Source: Candidatus Micrarchaeota archaeon (GTDB taxonomy: Archaea; Iainarchaeota; Iainarchaeia; JAADDC01). From it: a stretch of 21,018 nt of DNA. Location of the stretch: the NCBI GenBank assembly GCA_027074515.1, contig JALTCQ010000111.1, positions 1 to 21,018 of the forward strand. The letters are read 5' to 3'. The translations under genes and the position numbers were made by a program. The notes below the pieces were generated by a model. That model worked only from the letters and a program-made list of their open reading frames with translations, did no database searches and was not told where the DNA came from. This document shows positions 6,206-14,936 of the stretch, piece after piece. Within the stretch, counting starts at the first letter, position 1, and each line of letters begins with the position of its first letter.

Positions 6206-7867
6206 ATGCCGAAGTATGACGTTCGACAATCAGATCTCGAGCACCTCGTGGGAAAGAAGTTCACGCTTGAAGAGATTGAGAACATCCTCTTTGACCTGAA
6301 GGCGGAACTGGACGACTACGAGGATGGGATTATAACTGTGGACTACTCGGACACGAACAGGCCAGATGTGTGGTCCGTGGAGGGACTTGCACGGGAGATG
6401 AGGGGGTATTTGGGCATTGAAACGGGTCTGCCAAGGTACGAACTAACACCATCAGGCGCCGAAGTGCACGTGGATCCCTCCGTGGGCAAAGTGCGACCCT
6501 TCGTCGCAGCAGCCATCGTCAAGGACGTAAACCTGGGCGTGCCTGGCTACGAGCAGCTCATACAGCTCCAGGACAAGATCATGCTCACGTATGGGAGAAA
6601 AAGGAAGCGCGTGGCCATAGGAACGCACAACGCTGACCTCATACACTTCCCCGCAAGGTACACAACGGCAAAACCCGATGCAATATCCTTCGTACCACTC
6701 TGGGAATCCCGCGAGATGACCCTGCGCGAGGTACTCGAGTACCACGAAAAGGGCAGGGAATACACCCACTTGCTGGAGGGTCTTGAACGCTATCCCGTGC
6801 TGCTCGACGCGGAGGACAGGGTAATTTCCTTCCCGCCGATCATAAACTCCAACGATATCGGCAACATTGGGCCTGAAACGAAGAACATCTTCATCGACGT
6901 GACGGGAACGGACGAGAAAGCGGTTCTTACCGCGCTCAACGCAGTGGTAGCAGCCCTTGCTGAGAGAGGGGGGAGGATAGAGTCTGTGAAGGTTGTGTAC
7001 CCTGACCGCGTGGTAGAAGCACCAGATCTCTCTCCAAAGGAGTTCATCATTTCCAAAGCATATGCCGAGCGCGTTTCGGGGTTGAGATTCACAGACGACG
7101 AGTTCAGAAAGCTCCTTGAGCGGGCGAGGTACAGCGTGAAATCGGTGGATGGGGACAAGTGGACCGTCATATACCCGGCATACCGCGCAGACATCATGCA
7201 CCAGCGCGACATGGTTGAAGACATCATCATCGCATACGGATATAATCGCGTCGAGCCAAAGAAGCCAGCCTTCTTCACCCGCGGCGGCGCATCGGAGTAC
7301 ACGAAGCTGGAGGATGCGGTAAAGGAGCTTCTCATCGGTGCCAGTGCCCAAGAGATTGCAACATTCATCCTCACGTCCCGTTCAGTCGTCGAAAGAGCAA
7401 AGCACATCCCCGTTGTCGTCCTCCAGAACCCAATGACGGAAACATTTTCCTTAGTCCGTCCGGCACTTCTGCCCACAGTTCTTGACGTCCTCTCGGCGAA
7501 CACGGGAGAGGAGTATCCCCAGAAGGTGTTTGAGGTGGGAGACGTTGTTGTCTCCAGCGAATCCAGCCCCACGGGAACGAGAACTGAGCAGCACGTCTGC
7601 TACGCCTTGGCAGCATCTGAGGCTACATACACGGATGCCCGCCAGGTCTTGGAGTTCTTGCTGGATCAGTTGGGTGTTAACTACCGCTTAAAGGAGTCAG
7701 ACAAGCCGTGGTACGTCTCTGGACGCTCTGCCGACGTGGTTGTCGGCGGAGAGGTCATAGGGCACATTGGTGAGGTTCATCCCGAAGTCCTCGAGTCCTT
7801 TGGGATTGGGATGCCCGTTGTTGCCTTCGAAATTTCTCTTTCAAAGGTCCTGGGGGCGCTCAAGTGA
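6206..7867 (+). CDS. pheT: Phenylalanyl-tRNA synthetase beta subunit (archaeal type), 553 aa
   Basis: MPKYDVRQSDLEHLVGKKFTLEEIE start typical of archaeal PheT, with B3/4- and B5-like regions. ATG 6206 lies 1 nt after the pheS TGA, with GGAGGG at 6194-6199. Confidence 0.9.
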   Translation: MPKYDVRQSDLEHLVGKKFTLEEIENILFDLKAELDDYEDGIITVDYSDTNRPDVWSVEGLAREMRGYLGIETGLPRYELTPSGAEVHVDPSVGKVRPFVAAAIVKDVNLGVPGYEQLIQLQDKIMLTYGRKRKRVAIGTHNADLIHFPARYTTAKPDAISFVPLWESREMTLREVLEYHEKGREYTHLLEGLERYPVLLDAEDRVISFPPIINSNDIGNIGPETKNIFIDVTGTDEKAVLTALNAVVAALAERGGRIESVKVVYPDRVVEAPDLSPKEFIISKAYAERVSGLRFTDDEFRKLLERARYSVKSVDGDKWTVIYPAYRADIMHQRDMVEDIIIAYGYNRVEPKKPAFFTRGGASEYTKLEDAVKELLIGASAQEIATFILTSRSVVERAKHIPVVVLQNPMTETFSLVRPALLPTVLDVLSANTGEEYPQKVFEVGDVVVSSESSPTGTRTEQHVCYALAASEATYTDARQVLEFLLDQLGVNYRLKESDKPWYVSGRSADVVVGGEVIGHIGEVHPEVLESFGIGMPVVAFEISLSKVLGALK

Positions 7868-8475
7868 TTGACCCGCTCTACGCTTTGGTGCCCTACCTTC
7901 TCGGCTCGATACCCTTTGCGTACGTGCTTGCGCGCCTGCACGGAAAGGACATCGCTAACTTTGGGGACAAGAACATAGGTGCAACAAATGCGTACTACGC
8001 CACGGGCAAGCTTTGGGTCTGGGTCGCGGCTGCAACGCTGGATGCGCTAAAGGCATTCATTCCTGCATACTTCTGGGGGCCATGGTACGGATTAATCGCT
8101 GTTTTCGGCCATATTTTCTCGATTTTTACGTTTGTAGTGCTTAGAAGAGTCGTGTCAGGAGCAGGAACGGCGTCCGCCATAGGTTTCGCTCTTGCTGTAA
8201 ACCCGTGGCTCATACCCTTGGCCCTGGGCATCTTCCTCGTTTACTACTTCATCCTCCGTCCCGGCGGGAAAATCATGGACTTCTTTGCAGCGGAAAGGGG
8301 CTACACGCCAGGAATGGTGATGCTCTGGGCCACGTACACCATAGCGGCAAAATACGACATGATACGGGGTGAGGCGGCAGAGGCGATGTTTGTCCTCGTG
8401 GCCTTCGTCTCCCTCGTCTACGCCTACAAGCTCAGATACCTCTACAAGAAGTGGGGAATACTGGAGTACCGGTGA
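7864..8475 (+). CDS. PlsY-family (COG0344-like) integral membrane protein, 203 aa
   Basis: YLLGSIPFAYVLARL...GDKNIGATN resembles PlsY motif 1 (GSGNxGxTN). LDALKAF resembles motif 2. GHIFSIF....SGAGTASAIG is a degenerate motif 3. About 5-6 TM helices. The GTG start overlaps the pheT stop (GTGA). Confidence 0.6.
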   Translation: MIDPLYALVPYLLGSIPFAYVLARLHGKDIANFGDKNIGATNAYYATGKLWVWVAAATLDALKAFIPAYFWGPWYGLIAVFGHIFSIFTFVVLRRVVSGAGTASAIGFALAVNPWLIPLALGIFLVYYFILRPGGKIMDFFAAERGYTPGMVMLWATYTIAAKYDMIRGEAAEAMFVLVAFVSLVYAYKLRYLYKKWGILEYR

Positions 8476-9165
8476 TCACTCCAGGACGATCTTCTCCCTT
8501 ATTTTCATGTTCTCGTCGAACTCGTAGATGATGGGAATCCCCACGGGTACCTCTAACTGTCTCACTTCCTCCGGCGTTAGCCCATCCAGCTCCATGATGA
8601 TGCCCCTGAGCGTGTTTCCATGGGCTGCAACGAGGACTGTTCCCTTCTCCCTCAGCGCAGGAATGATTCGCTCCCTCCAGTAGGGAAGAACCCGCTCTAT
8701 CGTATCCTTGAGGGACTCTGATGCTGGAAGAAGCTCTGGCGGGACATCCTTATACCGTTCGTCGAATCTTGGGTGCCTCGGGTCGTTCCAGTCAAGGGGA
8801 GGCGGTGGCGCGTCGTAGCCCCTTCTCCACGCCCAGAATTTCTCTTCGCCCACCTCTTTACGCACCTCAGCCTTATTTCTTCCCTGCAGCGCTCCGTAGT
8901 GCCTCTCGTTCAGTCTCCAGTGCTTCTCGCAGGGAATCCAGAGCCGGCCCATCTCTTTCAACGCGAGAACGCCCGTCATGATTGCTCGTTCCAAGTACGA
9001 CGTGAACCAGATGTTCGGCTTGTATCCTGCCTTCATAAGCACGGTTCCAGCGTGGCGTGCCTGCTCCTCACCCTCTGGGGCGAGGGGAACATCAGTCCAT
9101 CCTGTGAAAATGTTCTCCTTGTTCCAAACGCTGAGCCCGTGGCGAAGAAGAATGAGGGTGGGCAT
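8476..9165 (-). CDS. gpmA: 2,3-bisphosphoglycerate-dependent phosphoglycerate mutase (histidine phosphatase superfamily), 229 aa
   Basis: LILLRHGLSVWNKENIFTGWTDVPL (RHG catalytic motif), WRLNERHYGALQG, and AHGNTLRG (second catalytic His). Confidence 0.85.
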   Translation of the reverse strand: MPTLILLRHGLSVWNKENIFTGWTDVPLAPEGEEQARHAGTVLMKAGYKPNIWFTSYLERAIMTGVLALKEMGRLWIPCEKHWRLNERHYGALQGRNKAEVRKEVGEEKFWAWRRGYDAPPPPLDWNDPRHPRFDERYKDVPPELLPASESLKDTIERVLPYWRERIIPALREKGTVLVAAHGNTLRGIIMELDGLTPEEVRQLEVPVGIPIIYEFDENMKIREKIVLE

Positions 9166-9166
9166 A

Positions 9167-10066
9167 TCACTCCACCCCGTAGAGAGAAACGATCTCCTGC
9201 CAGTCCCTCTCGCGCTTGCGCTTCCAGAATGGGCCCTTGCGCACGGAGGGCCAGCCCTCCTCGTATGACATCCTGTCTTCGCTCACGTAGAATACGCCTG
9301 TGGGCACCCCCGCATCCGGGTTCAAATCGTAGTTCCACTCGCGTGCCCGCTTCAGCGCTGCCTCGAAGTTCCTTGGGTCGTGGCCATCCTCCTCCAAGCG
9401 GTATACGTGCTCGCGGAAGTACTGTGTGGTGTCGTGGAAGGAAACACAGGGCTGGAGCACTTCAACGAGGGAGAACCCCTTGTGTTTTATGGCTGCCTTG
9501 AGGGTTTCCTTAAGGTGTGCCACGTCGTAGGCGAACTCGCGTGCCACAAAGGTTGCTCCTGCCTCCAGTGTGAGTGCTATCGGGTTCAAGGGTTCCTCGA
9601 AGGTGCCCAATGGCGTGCTCTTGCCCTTGAAGCCGTGCTCCGTGGTCGCGGTTGCCTGCCCTGTGGTCAATGCGAAGACCTGGTTGTTGTGGAGGACCAC
9701 TGTGATGTCCGAGTTGTAGCGAGCCGCGTGGATGAGGTGTGAGATCCCTTCGTTGAGGAGACCTCCGTCACCACCATAGGCAATGACCTTTAGCTCAGGG
9801 TTGGCCAGCTTGATGCCCACGGCCGGAGGAATCGTTCTTCCGTGAAGCCCGTAGAAGCCATTGACGTTGATGTAGTCGTAGATCTTGGCACCACAGCCGA
9901 TGTCCGCAGTTATCACGAAGTCCTTGCGCTGGGCAAAGCCTTCATTTATTAGTTCAGCTATGGCCATCTTGCTGGCCGTGAGGATCCCAAAGTTACCACA
10001 TCCCGGGCACCAGGTGATTGGTGCCGGCGTGTTCAGGTCGTTTGGAGTCATGGCACACATTTTCAC
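9167..10066 (-). CDS. 2-oxoacid:ferredoxin oxidoreductase, beta (TPP-binding) subunit, 299 aa
   Basis: WCPGCGNFGIL, DIGCG, YGGDGGLLNEG (TPP-binding GDG motif). The start overlaps the alpha stop by 4 nt. Confidence 0.85.
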   Translation of the reverse strand: MKMCAMTPNDLNTPAPITWCPGCGNFGILTASKMAIAELINEGFAQRKDFVITADIGCGAKIYDYINVNGFYGLHGRTIPPAVGIKLANPELKVIAYGGDGGLLNEGISHLIHAARYNSDITVVLHNNQVFALTTGQATATTEHGFKGKSTPLGTFEEPLNPIALTLEAGATFVAREFAYDVAHLKETLKAAIKHKGFSLVEVLQPCVSFHDTTQYFREHVYRLEEDGHDPRNFEAALKRAREWNYDLNPDAGVPTGVFYVSEDRMSYEEGWPSVRKGPFWKRKRERDWQEIVSLYGVE

Positions 10067-11703
10067 AACCTCCTTATGATGTATTCAGGTGTTAGAGGCC
10101 TCGCGTCGTAGCGGAGGACCCTCTCATCGATCATGATGCCCGTCTTCTCCGCTATGATCTGGCCGAGGAGTCCTGTAACGTCGTTCTCCACGAGGACGAT
10201 CCGCTCGGCGTCCTTGACTGCATCCTTGAACTGATCCACAGGGAAGGGTTCAACATATGATACCTGAACGAACTTCCAACCCTTCAGCCGTTTTATTGCA
10301 TCCATGATCGCGCCCTTGGTGCTCCCCCATGAAACGATCACGTTGTTCCCTTCTCCGTAGACGCTCACGGGTTCCAGGCGTGCAATCTCCTCTGCCATGT
10401 ATTTAACCTTTCTGAAGCGCTTGTCGTTCATCTTTATGGCCCACTCGCCCTCTTCCCTCGTGTATCCGTACTCGTCGTGCTCGTAGGACGTTGCTCGGAC
10501 GGGAACGTCTGCCTGGCCAGGAACAGCGCGCGGAGAGACGCCAGTCTCCGTTATCTCGTAGCTCTTGTAGTCAGAAGGAACAACGTCGATGATGTTCCTG
10601 CTGGGATTCACGCGCGGGGAGAACTCATCGATGGTATACGTAGATTCTGCAAGGTGCTTGTCAGAGACGATGATGGAAAGCACCCTGTACTTGTATGCCA
10701 GGTAGAACGCCTCGATGGTCCTCTCAAACGCCTCCCTGGGGTCTCCAGGGGCGACGACCACCTTAGGATACTCCCCGTGACCTATGTTCACCGCCATCTT
10801 TAGGTCGCCCTGGCCAGTATAGGTCGGAATGCCCGTGGAGGGAGCATTCCTCATGGCAAGGTATGCGACCAAAGGTACTTCACTCATGCCCTGCATGCTC
10901 ATAGCTTCTCCCATGAGGGCAAAACCGCCGCCAGACGTCCCGATCATGGTCATGGCTCCGGCGTAGGACGCACCGAGGGCAGCGTTTGCCACGGCAATTT
11001 CGTTCTCCAGCTGTATGGCTTGGTAGTCATACTTCGTCTGGAGGGCAGCGAGGTAGTGGAGCACGGGCGTTGCTGGGGTCATGGGATATGCGATGTATAG
11101 ATCCAGGCCCGATGCAATGGCACCAAGAGCTACTGCCTGGCTCCCAGAGATGAAGTAGCGGGGCTTTCTTTCAGGGTGCTCGTCAATGGCATGCCCAGCG
11201 TCCACTGCGTCGTATCCTTTCCTTGCCGCTTTCACAGCTGCTTCATTGCCCTTCAGTTCCTCTCTAATCGTCTTCTCCAGGGACTCAAAGGGCATTCCAA
11301 AGTACTTCCACGCTGCGGCGATAAGTATGGTGTTCTCCATGATGCGTGGGACGTTGAGCTCCTTGATTATGGCATCCGTGTCCACTGAAATCTTTTTCTC
11401 CGCGTTGACGCGGTTTGGAGCGAAGATCACCGCGTTGTCCTTCATCTCTGCAGCATGCTTAACAACCGTGTCGTCGTTCAGCGCGATCACAATGTCATGA
11501 CCCTCAAACTCGTGGGACATTATGGGCTCGTCCGAAATCGCCAAAACGTTGAAGTTATGGCCCCCTCTTATGAGCGAGGGGTAGTCCCTGTAGTTAAAAA
11601 CGTAAAACCCCTCACGAACAAAGGCCTTTCCAAGAATCTCTGCGGCCTTGGCAATACCTTGGCCGGCCTCTCCTCCTATGAGTATCTGGCGGTACATGCT
11701 CAT
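10063..11703 (-). CDS. 2-oxoacid:ferredoxin oxidoreductase, alpha subunit (gamma-alpha fusion), 546 aa
   Basis: N-terminal gamma-type domain (ILIGGEAGQGIAKAAEILGKAF...RGGHNFNVLAISDEPI), followed by an alpha domain (FISGSQAVALGAIASGLDLYIAYPMTPATPVLHYLA). The start could instead be the third codon (ATG 11697), judging by TATA spacing. Confidence 0.85.
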   Translation of the reverse strand: MSMYRQILIGGEAGQGIAKAAEILGKAFVREGFYVFNYRDYPSLIRGGHNFNVLAISDEPIMSHEFEGHDIVIALNDDTVVKHAAEMKDNAVIFAPNRVNAEKKISVDTDAIIKELNVPRIMENTILIAAAWKYFGMPFESLEKTIREELKGNEAAVKAARKGYDAVDAGHAIDEHPERKPRYFISGSQAVALGAIASGLDLYIAYPMTPATPVLHYLAALQTKYDYQAIQLENEIAVANAALGASYAGAMTMIGTSGGGFALMGEAMSMQGMSEVPLVAYLAMRNAPSTGIPTYTGQGDLKMAVNIGHGEYPKVVVAPGDPREAFERTIEAFYLAYKYRVLSIIVSDKHLAESTYTIDEFSPRVNPSRNIIDVVPSDYKSYEITETGVSPRAVPGQADVPVRATSYEHDEYGYTREEGEWAIKMNDKRFRKVKYMAEEIARLEPVSVYGEGNNVIVSWGSTKGAIMDAIKRLKGWKFVQVSYVEPFPVDQFKDAVKDAERIVLVENDVTGLLGQIIAEKTGIMIDERVLRYDARPLTPEYIIRRL

Positions 11704-11717
11704 ATAACGCTGTTAAG

Positions 11718-11725
11718 GTTTAAAT
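11718..11725 (-). promoter_or_regulatory. TATA-like box for the oxidoreductase-gpmA operon
   Basis: The minus strand reads atttaaac, 19-26 nt upstream of the two candidate ATGs (11703, 11697). Confidence 0.35.
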
Positions 11726-11738
11726 GCGAGGTGGTGCG

Positions 11739-11746
11739 TTATAAAG
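11739..11746 (+). promoter_or_regulatory. TATA-like box for the orphan membrane protein (leaderless spacing)
   Basis: ttataaag is centred about 26 nt upstream of ATG 11767, in a divergent arrangement with the oxidoreductase promoter. Confidence 0.45.
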
Positions 11747-11766
11747 GGCGACTACATTTTTACATC

Positions 11767-12927
11767 ATGGCTGAGAACAACAGGCACTTCGACGTTCTCG
11801 GGTTGATATTGGTCCTCCTCGGCCTGGCATACGCTGGTTTCGCCATATACTGGGGTGCGAATACAGAATGGAGCCCGCACACGGATTATTACGTGCAGCA
11901 GATACTAAACCACAACGGAAAATACATCGCAACGTTCGAGACACAAGCCGGATCGGTAGGAATCGTGGATCTGAAGGGAAGGTATGCATACGTCAAGGTA
12001 GACAGTGATGGGCTGATTAACGCAGCATACCTGCTCCCGGAGATGAACCTTGTTGGAGTGGCGAGAAAAGACAGCTACACATACCTGTTATCAGTATCCG
12101 GAAAGCACGCGTCCATATTTCGAATAGGAAGCGCGGGAATGGATCGCTTCGACTATAACCTAGATCTCTGGACCTTGCGCAGCACATCACGTGTACAGAT
12201 TTCAGATTCACCAGTGTTTTACGTGCCAGGAACGTGGAGGAACCACTACGGCGTGCTACGGCTCGATTTTTCCGAAATAAACAACCCCGTGGCGCGAGTA
12301 TTCTACGATGTGCCGACATCGGATTTCATAAGAGATGGAGACAGCATATATTTCCAAAGTCCACAGGGCCGCCTTCACGAGCTAGCAATCCGCGGAAAAA
12401 CTGCCACGGATTACAGAATACTGATCACGGGATCCCCGCTATCCGCAAGGGATGGGATCGTTGCGGTACAGTCAGAAAAGGGAGTAGGTTACGTGGAGAT
12501 CAATGGGAATACCGCCAACGCCATAATCCTTGACGGCACGAAGGGAAATGCAGTAGTAACGGACTTCGGCACGTTCATATCGGATAACGGTAAGTTCTAC
12601 GCAGTTACGGGGCATGATAAAAACAGCCTGCGCGTGCTCGTGGCAGATTTCCCCTTCGAACCATACAGCTACATACAAGGCACCGCGGAGTACGAGATCC
12701 TCGGCACGTACGCAGCAGATCCAGCATACATCCACGGCACCTTCGACTTCCCCCACTGCCCCCAGAACTTCGTAGCGATAGATGCAAACGTGACGTTCAT
12801 AACTGCCCCTGTGGAGAGAGTTTCAAGCGTTAGAGGCGTGCTAACACCCATAAACTACGAGGGCAACACTTCTGTGGCTCTAACGCCTGCAAAGCTCAGC
12901 GTGGACTTCCCGTGTTACAGCCCATAG
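11767..12927 (+). CDS. Hypothetical membrane-anchored protein with a beta-rich ectodomain, 386 aa
   Basis: MAENNRHFDVLGLILVLLGLAYAGFAIYWG forms a single N-terminal TM/signal anchor. The remainder is rich in G/S/T/Y/V short-strand patterns. I recognise no family motif. ATG 11767 was chosen because upstream ORF sequence overlaps the oxidoreductase alpha gene and the TATA box fits. Confidence 0.6.
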   Translation: MAENNRHFDVLGLILVLLGLAYAGFAIYWGANTEWSPHTDYYVQQILNHNGKYIATFETQAGSVGIVDLKGRYAYVKVDSDGLINAAYLLPEMNLVGVARKDSYTYLLSVSGKHASIFRIGSAGMDRFDYNLDLWTLRSTSRVQISDSPVFYVPGTWRNHYGVLRLDFSEINNPVARVFYDVPTSDFIRDGDSIYFQSPQGRLHELAIRGKTATDYRILITGSPLSARDGIVAVQSEKGVGYVEINGNTANAIILDGTKGNAVVTDFGTFISDNGKFYAVTGHDKNSLRVLVADFPFEPYSYIQGTAEYEILGTYAADPAYIHGTFDFPHCPQNFVAIDANVTFITAPVERVSSVRGVLTPINYEGNTSVALTPAKLSVDFPCYSP

Positions 12928-13514
12928 GCACGAAGCGCAGAGACTACCTGTTTGTGGACTGCAGTGGGCCCCTTTCGCCCATCGACCACGACAAAGCCGT
13001 GCTGAACAGCTAGCTCTGAGTACCTTTCTCGGACCCGCCGTAGAAACTCCTGGCGCTCGAAGTTTTGGACGAGGCCGTCGTTCCCATGCGCTCTTGCGAC
13101 GATTCTTTGGAGAGCAACATCTTCGGGCACATCTATTAATATTGTAACGTCCGGTTTTGGAAATTCTGCGTTCAGTTGCAATATATACTCCTCGTCAAGT
13201 CCTTGCAGCGTCTGGTAGACGATGGACGACCAGTAGTAGCGCTCAGAGATAACGATTTCCCCTGCTCTGAGCGCCGGTTCTATGACCTTCTTCACGTGCT
13301 CGTTTCTGTCCGCCGCAAACATGAGCGCTACCGTTTTTGGGTCCGGAACGTCCTTGGATCGTAGAAGCATGCGGAGAAAGTACCCCGTGAAGAGATCCTT
13401 TGTTGGCTCCTCTGTGAGCACCACCTTACGCCCCTGACGGATCAAATAGTCCGCAAGCATACGCGCCTGGGTGCCCTTGCCCGAGCCGTCGATACCTTCG
13501 AAGACGATGAACAT
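12915..13514 (-). CDS. tmk: Thymidylate kinase, 199 aa
   Basis: MFIVFEGIDGSGKGTQ (P-loop), DRY-like ...SERYYWSSIVYQ, and a lid region. Confidence 0.9.
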   Translation of the reverse strand: MFIVFEGIDGSGKGTQARMLADYLIRQGRKVVLTEEPTKDLFTGYFLRMLLRSKDVPDPKTVALMFAADRNEHVKKVIEPALRAGEIVISERYYWSSIVYQTLQGLDEEYILQLNAEFPKPDVTILIDVPEDVALQRIVARAHGNDGLVQNFERQEFLRRVRERYSELAVQHGFVVVDGRKGPTAVHKQVVSALRAYGL

Positions 13515-13568
13515 GTTTTTGAGTTGGATCGGGAGAATAAGAAAGGGGTGGTTAGAAAGGCCAAACCG

Positions 13569-14936
13569 TCACTTCGCTTTCTTAACCACTGGGATCTCGT
13601 GGAACTCCTTGGGCATGTAGGGGTGCAGGACATTTGGAATCCGCACCACCTCGTTCTCCGGGTCGTAGTGGTTCTCAAGAATTGCCAGCATGACGCGCTG
13701 TGCCGCCAGAGCCGTGCTGTTCAGGGTGTGCACGTAGTCCGTCTTTCCGTCCTTCCTGCGGTAGCGTATGTTTGCCCTCCTCGCCTGCCAGGCAAGGCAG
13801 TTCGAGCAGGACACCACCTCGCGGTACCTGCCCTGACCTGGATACCACGCCTCTATGTCGTGCTTGCGCGCCGCCACCATCCCCAGGTCCCCAGACGAAA
13901 TCTCAACCACGCGGTAGGGTATTTCCAGCTTCTGAAGGAGTTCCTCGGCGTTGTTCTGGAGGAACTCAAACTCCTTCCAAGAGTCCTCAGGATAAACGTA
14001 GGAGAACTGCTCAATCTTGTGGAACTGGTGCACGCGGAAGATGCCCTTTGTATCCTTGCCGTGGGATCCCGCCTCCTTTCTGAAACAGGGGGACCAGCCG
14101 GCGTACCGCTTGGGAAGCTCCCCCACCTCGAAGATCTCGTCCATGTGGTAGCCAAGAATCGCGTGCTCAGCGGTGGGGATCAGGTAGAGGTCTTCGCCTT
14201 CGATCTTGTATATGACGTCCTCAAAGTCAGTAAAGTACGTTGCAGCCTCCTCCACGCGCCTGCGCATCATGTAGGGCGGTATGATCGGCTCGAAACCCTT
14301 CTTCATGAGTTCCTCCAAGCCCCAGCGCGCCAGAGCAAGGTCCAAGAACACCAAAGCCTTCTTCTCATAGTAAAACCTGCTCCCGGACGTCTTCCCCGCA
14401 CGCTCCGTGTCTGCCACGTCGAGCATTTCAATGAGATCGTAGTGGTGGGGCGGCTGCCAGTCGATGACCTCGTGCTCCACGTCAAAGCCGTCCGTTTCTT
14501 CCTCGAACTGGTCGACATACTTCCTCCAAACCCTTGGCTTCCCCCAGAACTTTATGGGCTTGTTGTAGGAGTCGTCTGGAGCAATGATCACTGCGGGGTG
14601 CAGGAAGTTCGGCAAGAGGCGGAGCTTTTCGTCAATCATGCCCTTCAGTTCTGCTTCCCTCTTCTCGAGTGCCTCAATCTTCTCGTCCAGCATCTTTGCC
14701 TCCTTCTTAAGCTCCTCTGCAGCATCCTTTTTCCCTTCCTTGAACATCTTCCCGATTTCCTTGGATATCTTGTTCCTCTGCGCGCGGAGATCGTTTAGTT
14801 CCTTGAGCAGACTCCTCCACTCCGCATCAAGGCGTTCTATCTCATCCACAACAGGGATTAGTTCATCTAGATACCGCTTCTTCAGCGTTTCCACTACTTC
14901 CTCTTTCCTCTGCCTAATGTCATCTAAGCTCAGCAA
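13569..14936 (-). CDS. serS: Seryl-tRNA synthetase (bacterial-like type), about 455 aa
   Basis: N-terminal coiled-coil arm (KE-rich), class II core with FRKEAGSHGKDTKGIFRVHQFHKIEQF (motif 2) and LNSTALAAQRVMLAILENH (motif 3 region). I chose TTG 14936 as the start because a perfect GGAGGTGA lies 5 nt upstream and the product begins MLSLDDIRQRKEEVVETLKKR, like typical SerRS. The ORF itself could start at TTG 14954. Confidence 0.85.
   Translation of the reverse strand: MLSLDDIRQRKEEVVETLKKRYLDELIPVVDEIERLDAEWRSLLKELNDLRAQRNKISKEIGKMFKEGKKDAAEELKKEAKMLDEKIEALEKREAELKGMIDEKLRLLPNFLHPAVIIAPDDSYNKPIKFWGKPRVWRKYVDQFEEETDGFDVEHEVIDWQPPHHYDLIEMLDVADTERAGKTSGSRFYYEKKALVFLDLALARWGLEELMKKGFEPIIPPYMMRRRVEEAATYFTDFEDVIYKIEGEDLYLIPTAEHAILGYHMDEIFEVGELPKRYAGWSPCFRKEAGSHGKDTKGIFRVHQFHKIEQFSYVYPEDSWKEFEFLQNNAEELLQKLEIPYRVVEISSGDLGMVAARKHDIEAWYPGQGRYREVVSCSNCLAWQARRANIRYRRKDGKTDYVHTLNSTALAAQRVMLAILENHYDPENEVVRIPNVLHPYMPKEFHEIPVVKKAK

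Noticed and set aside
11455-11766. A 104-codon upstream extension of the orphan protein ORF (490-aa version).
   Set aside because: It overlaps the 5' part of the oxidoreductase alpha gene on the other strand and spans the divergent promoter region. ATG 11767 has a correctly spaced TATA box and begins right at the TM anchor.
13524-14798. A 424-aa ORF antisense to serS. Similar long antisense ORFs lie at 3778..4572 (opposite trpS), 6452..7351 and 6790..7572 (opposite pheT), 4467..5135 (opposite pheS) and 1602..2174 (opposite aglB).
   Set aside because: These are shadow ORFs. The sense genes have unmistakable family motifs and are rich in GAG, AAG, CTC and CTT codons, whose complements are not stops. 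The antisense products are low-complexity (Leu/Val/Arg/His/Pro) with no recognisable motifs and no promoter or SD context.
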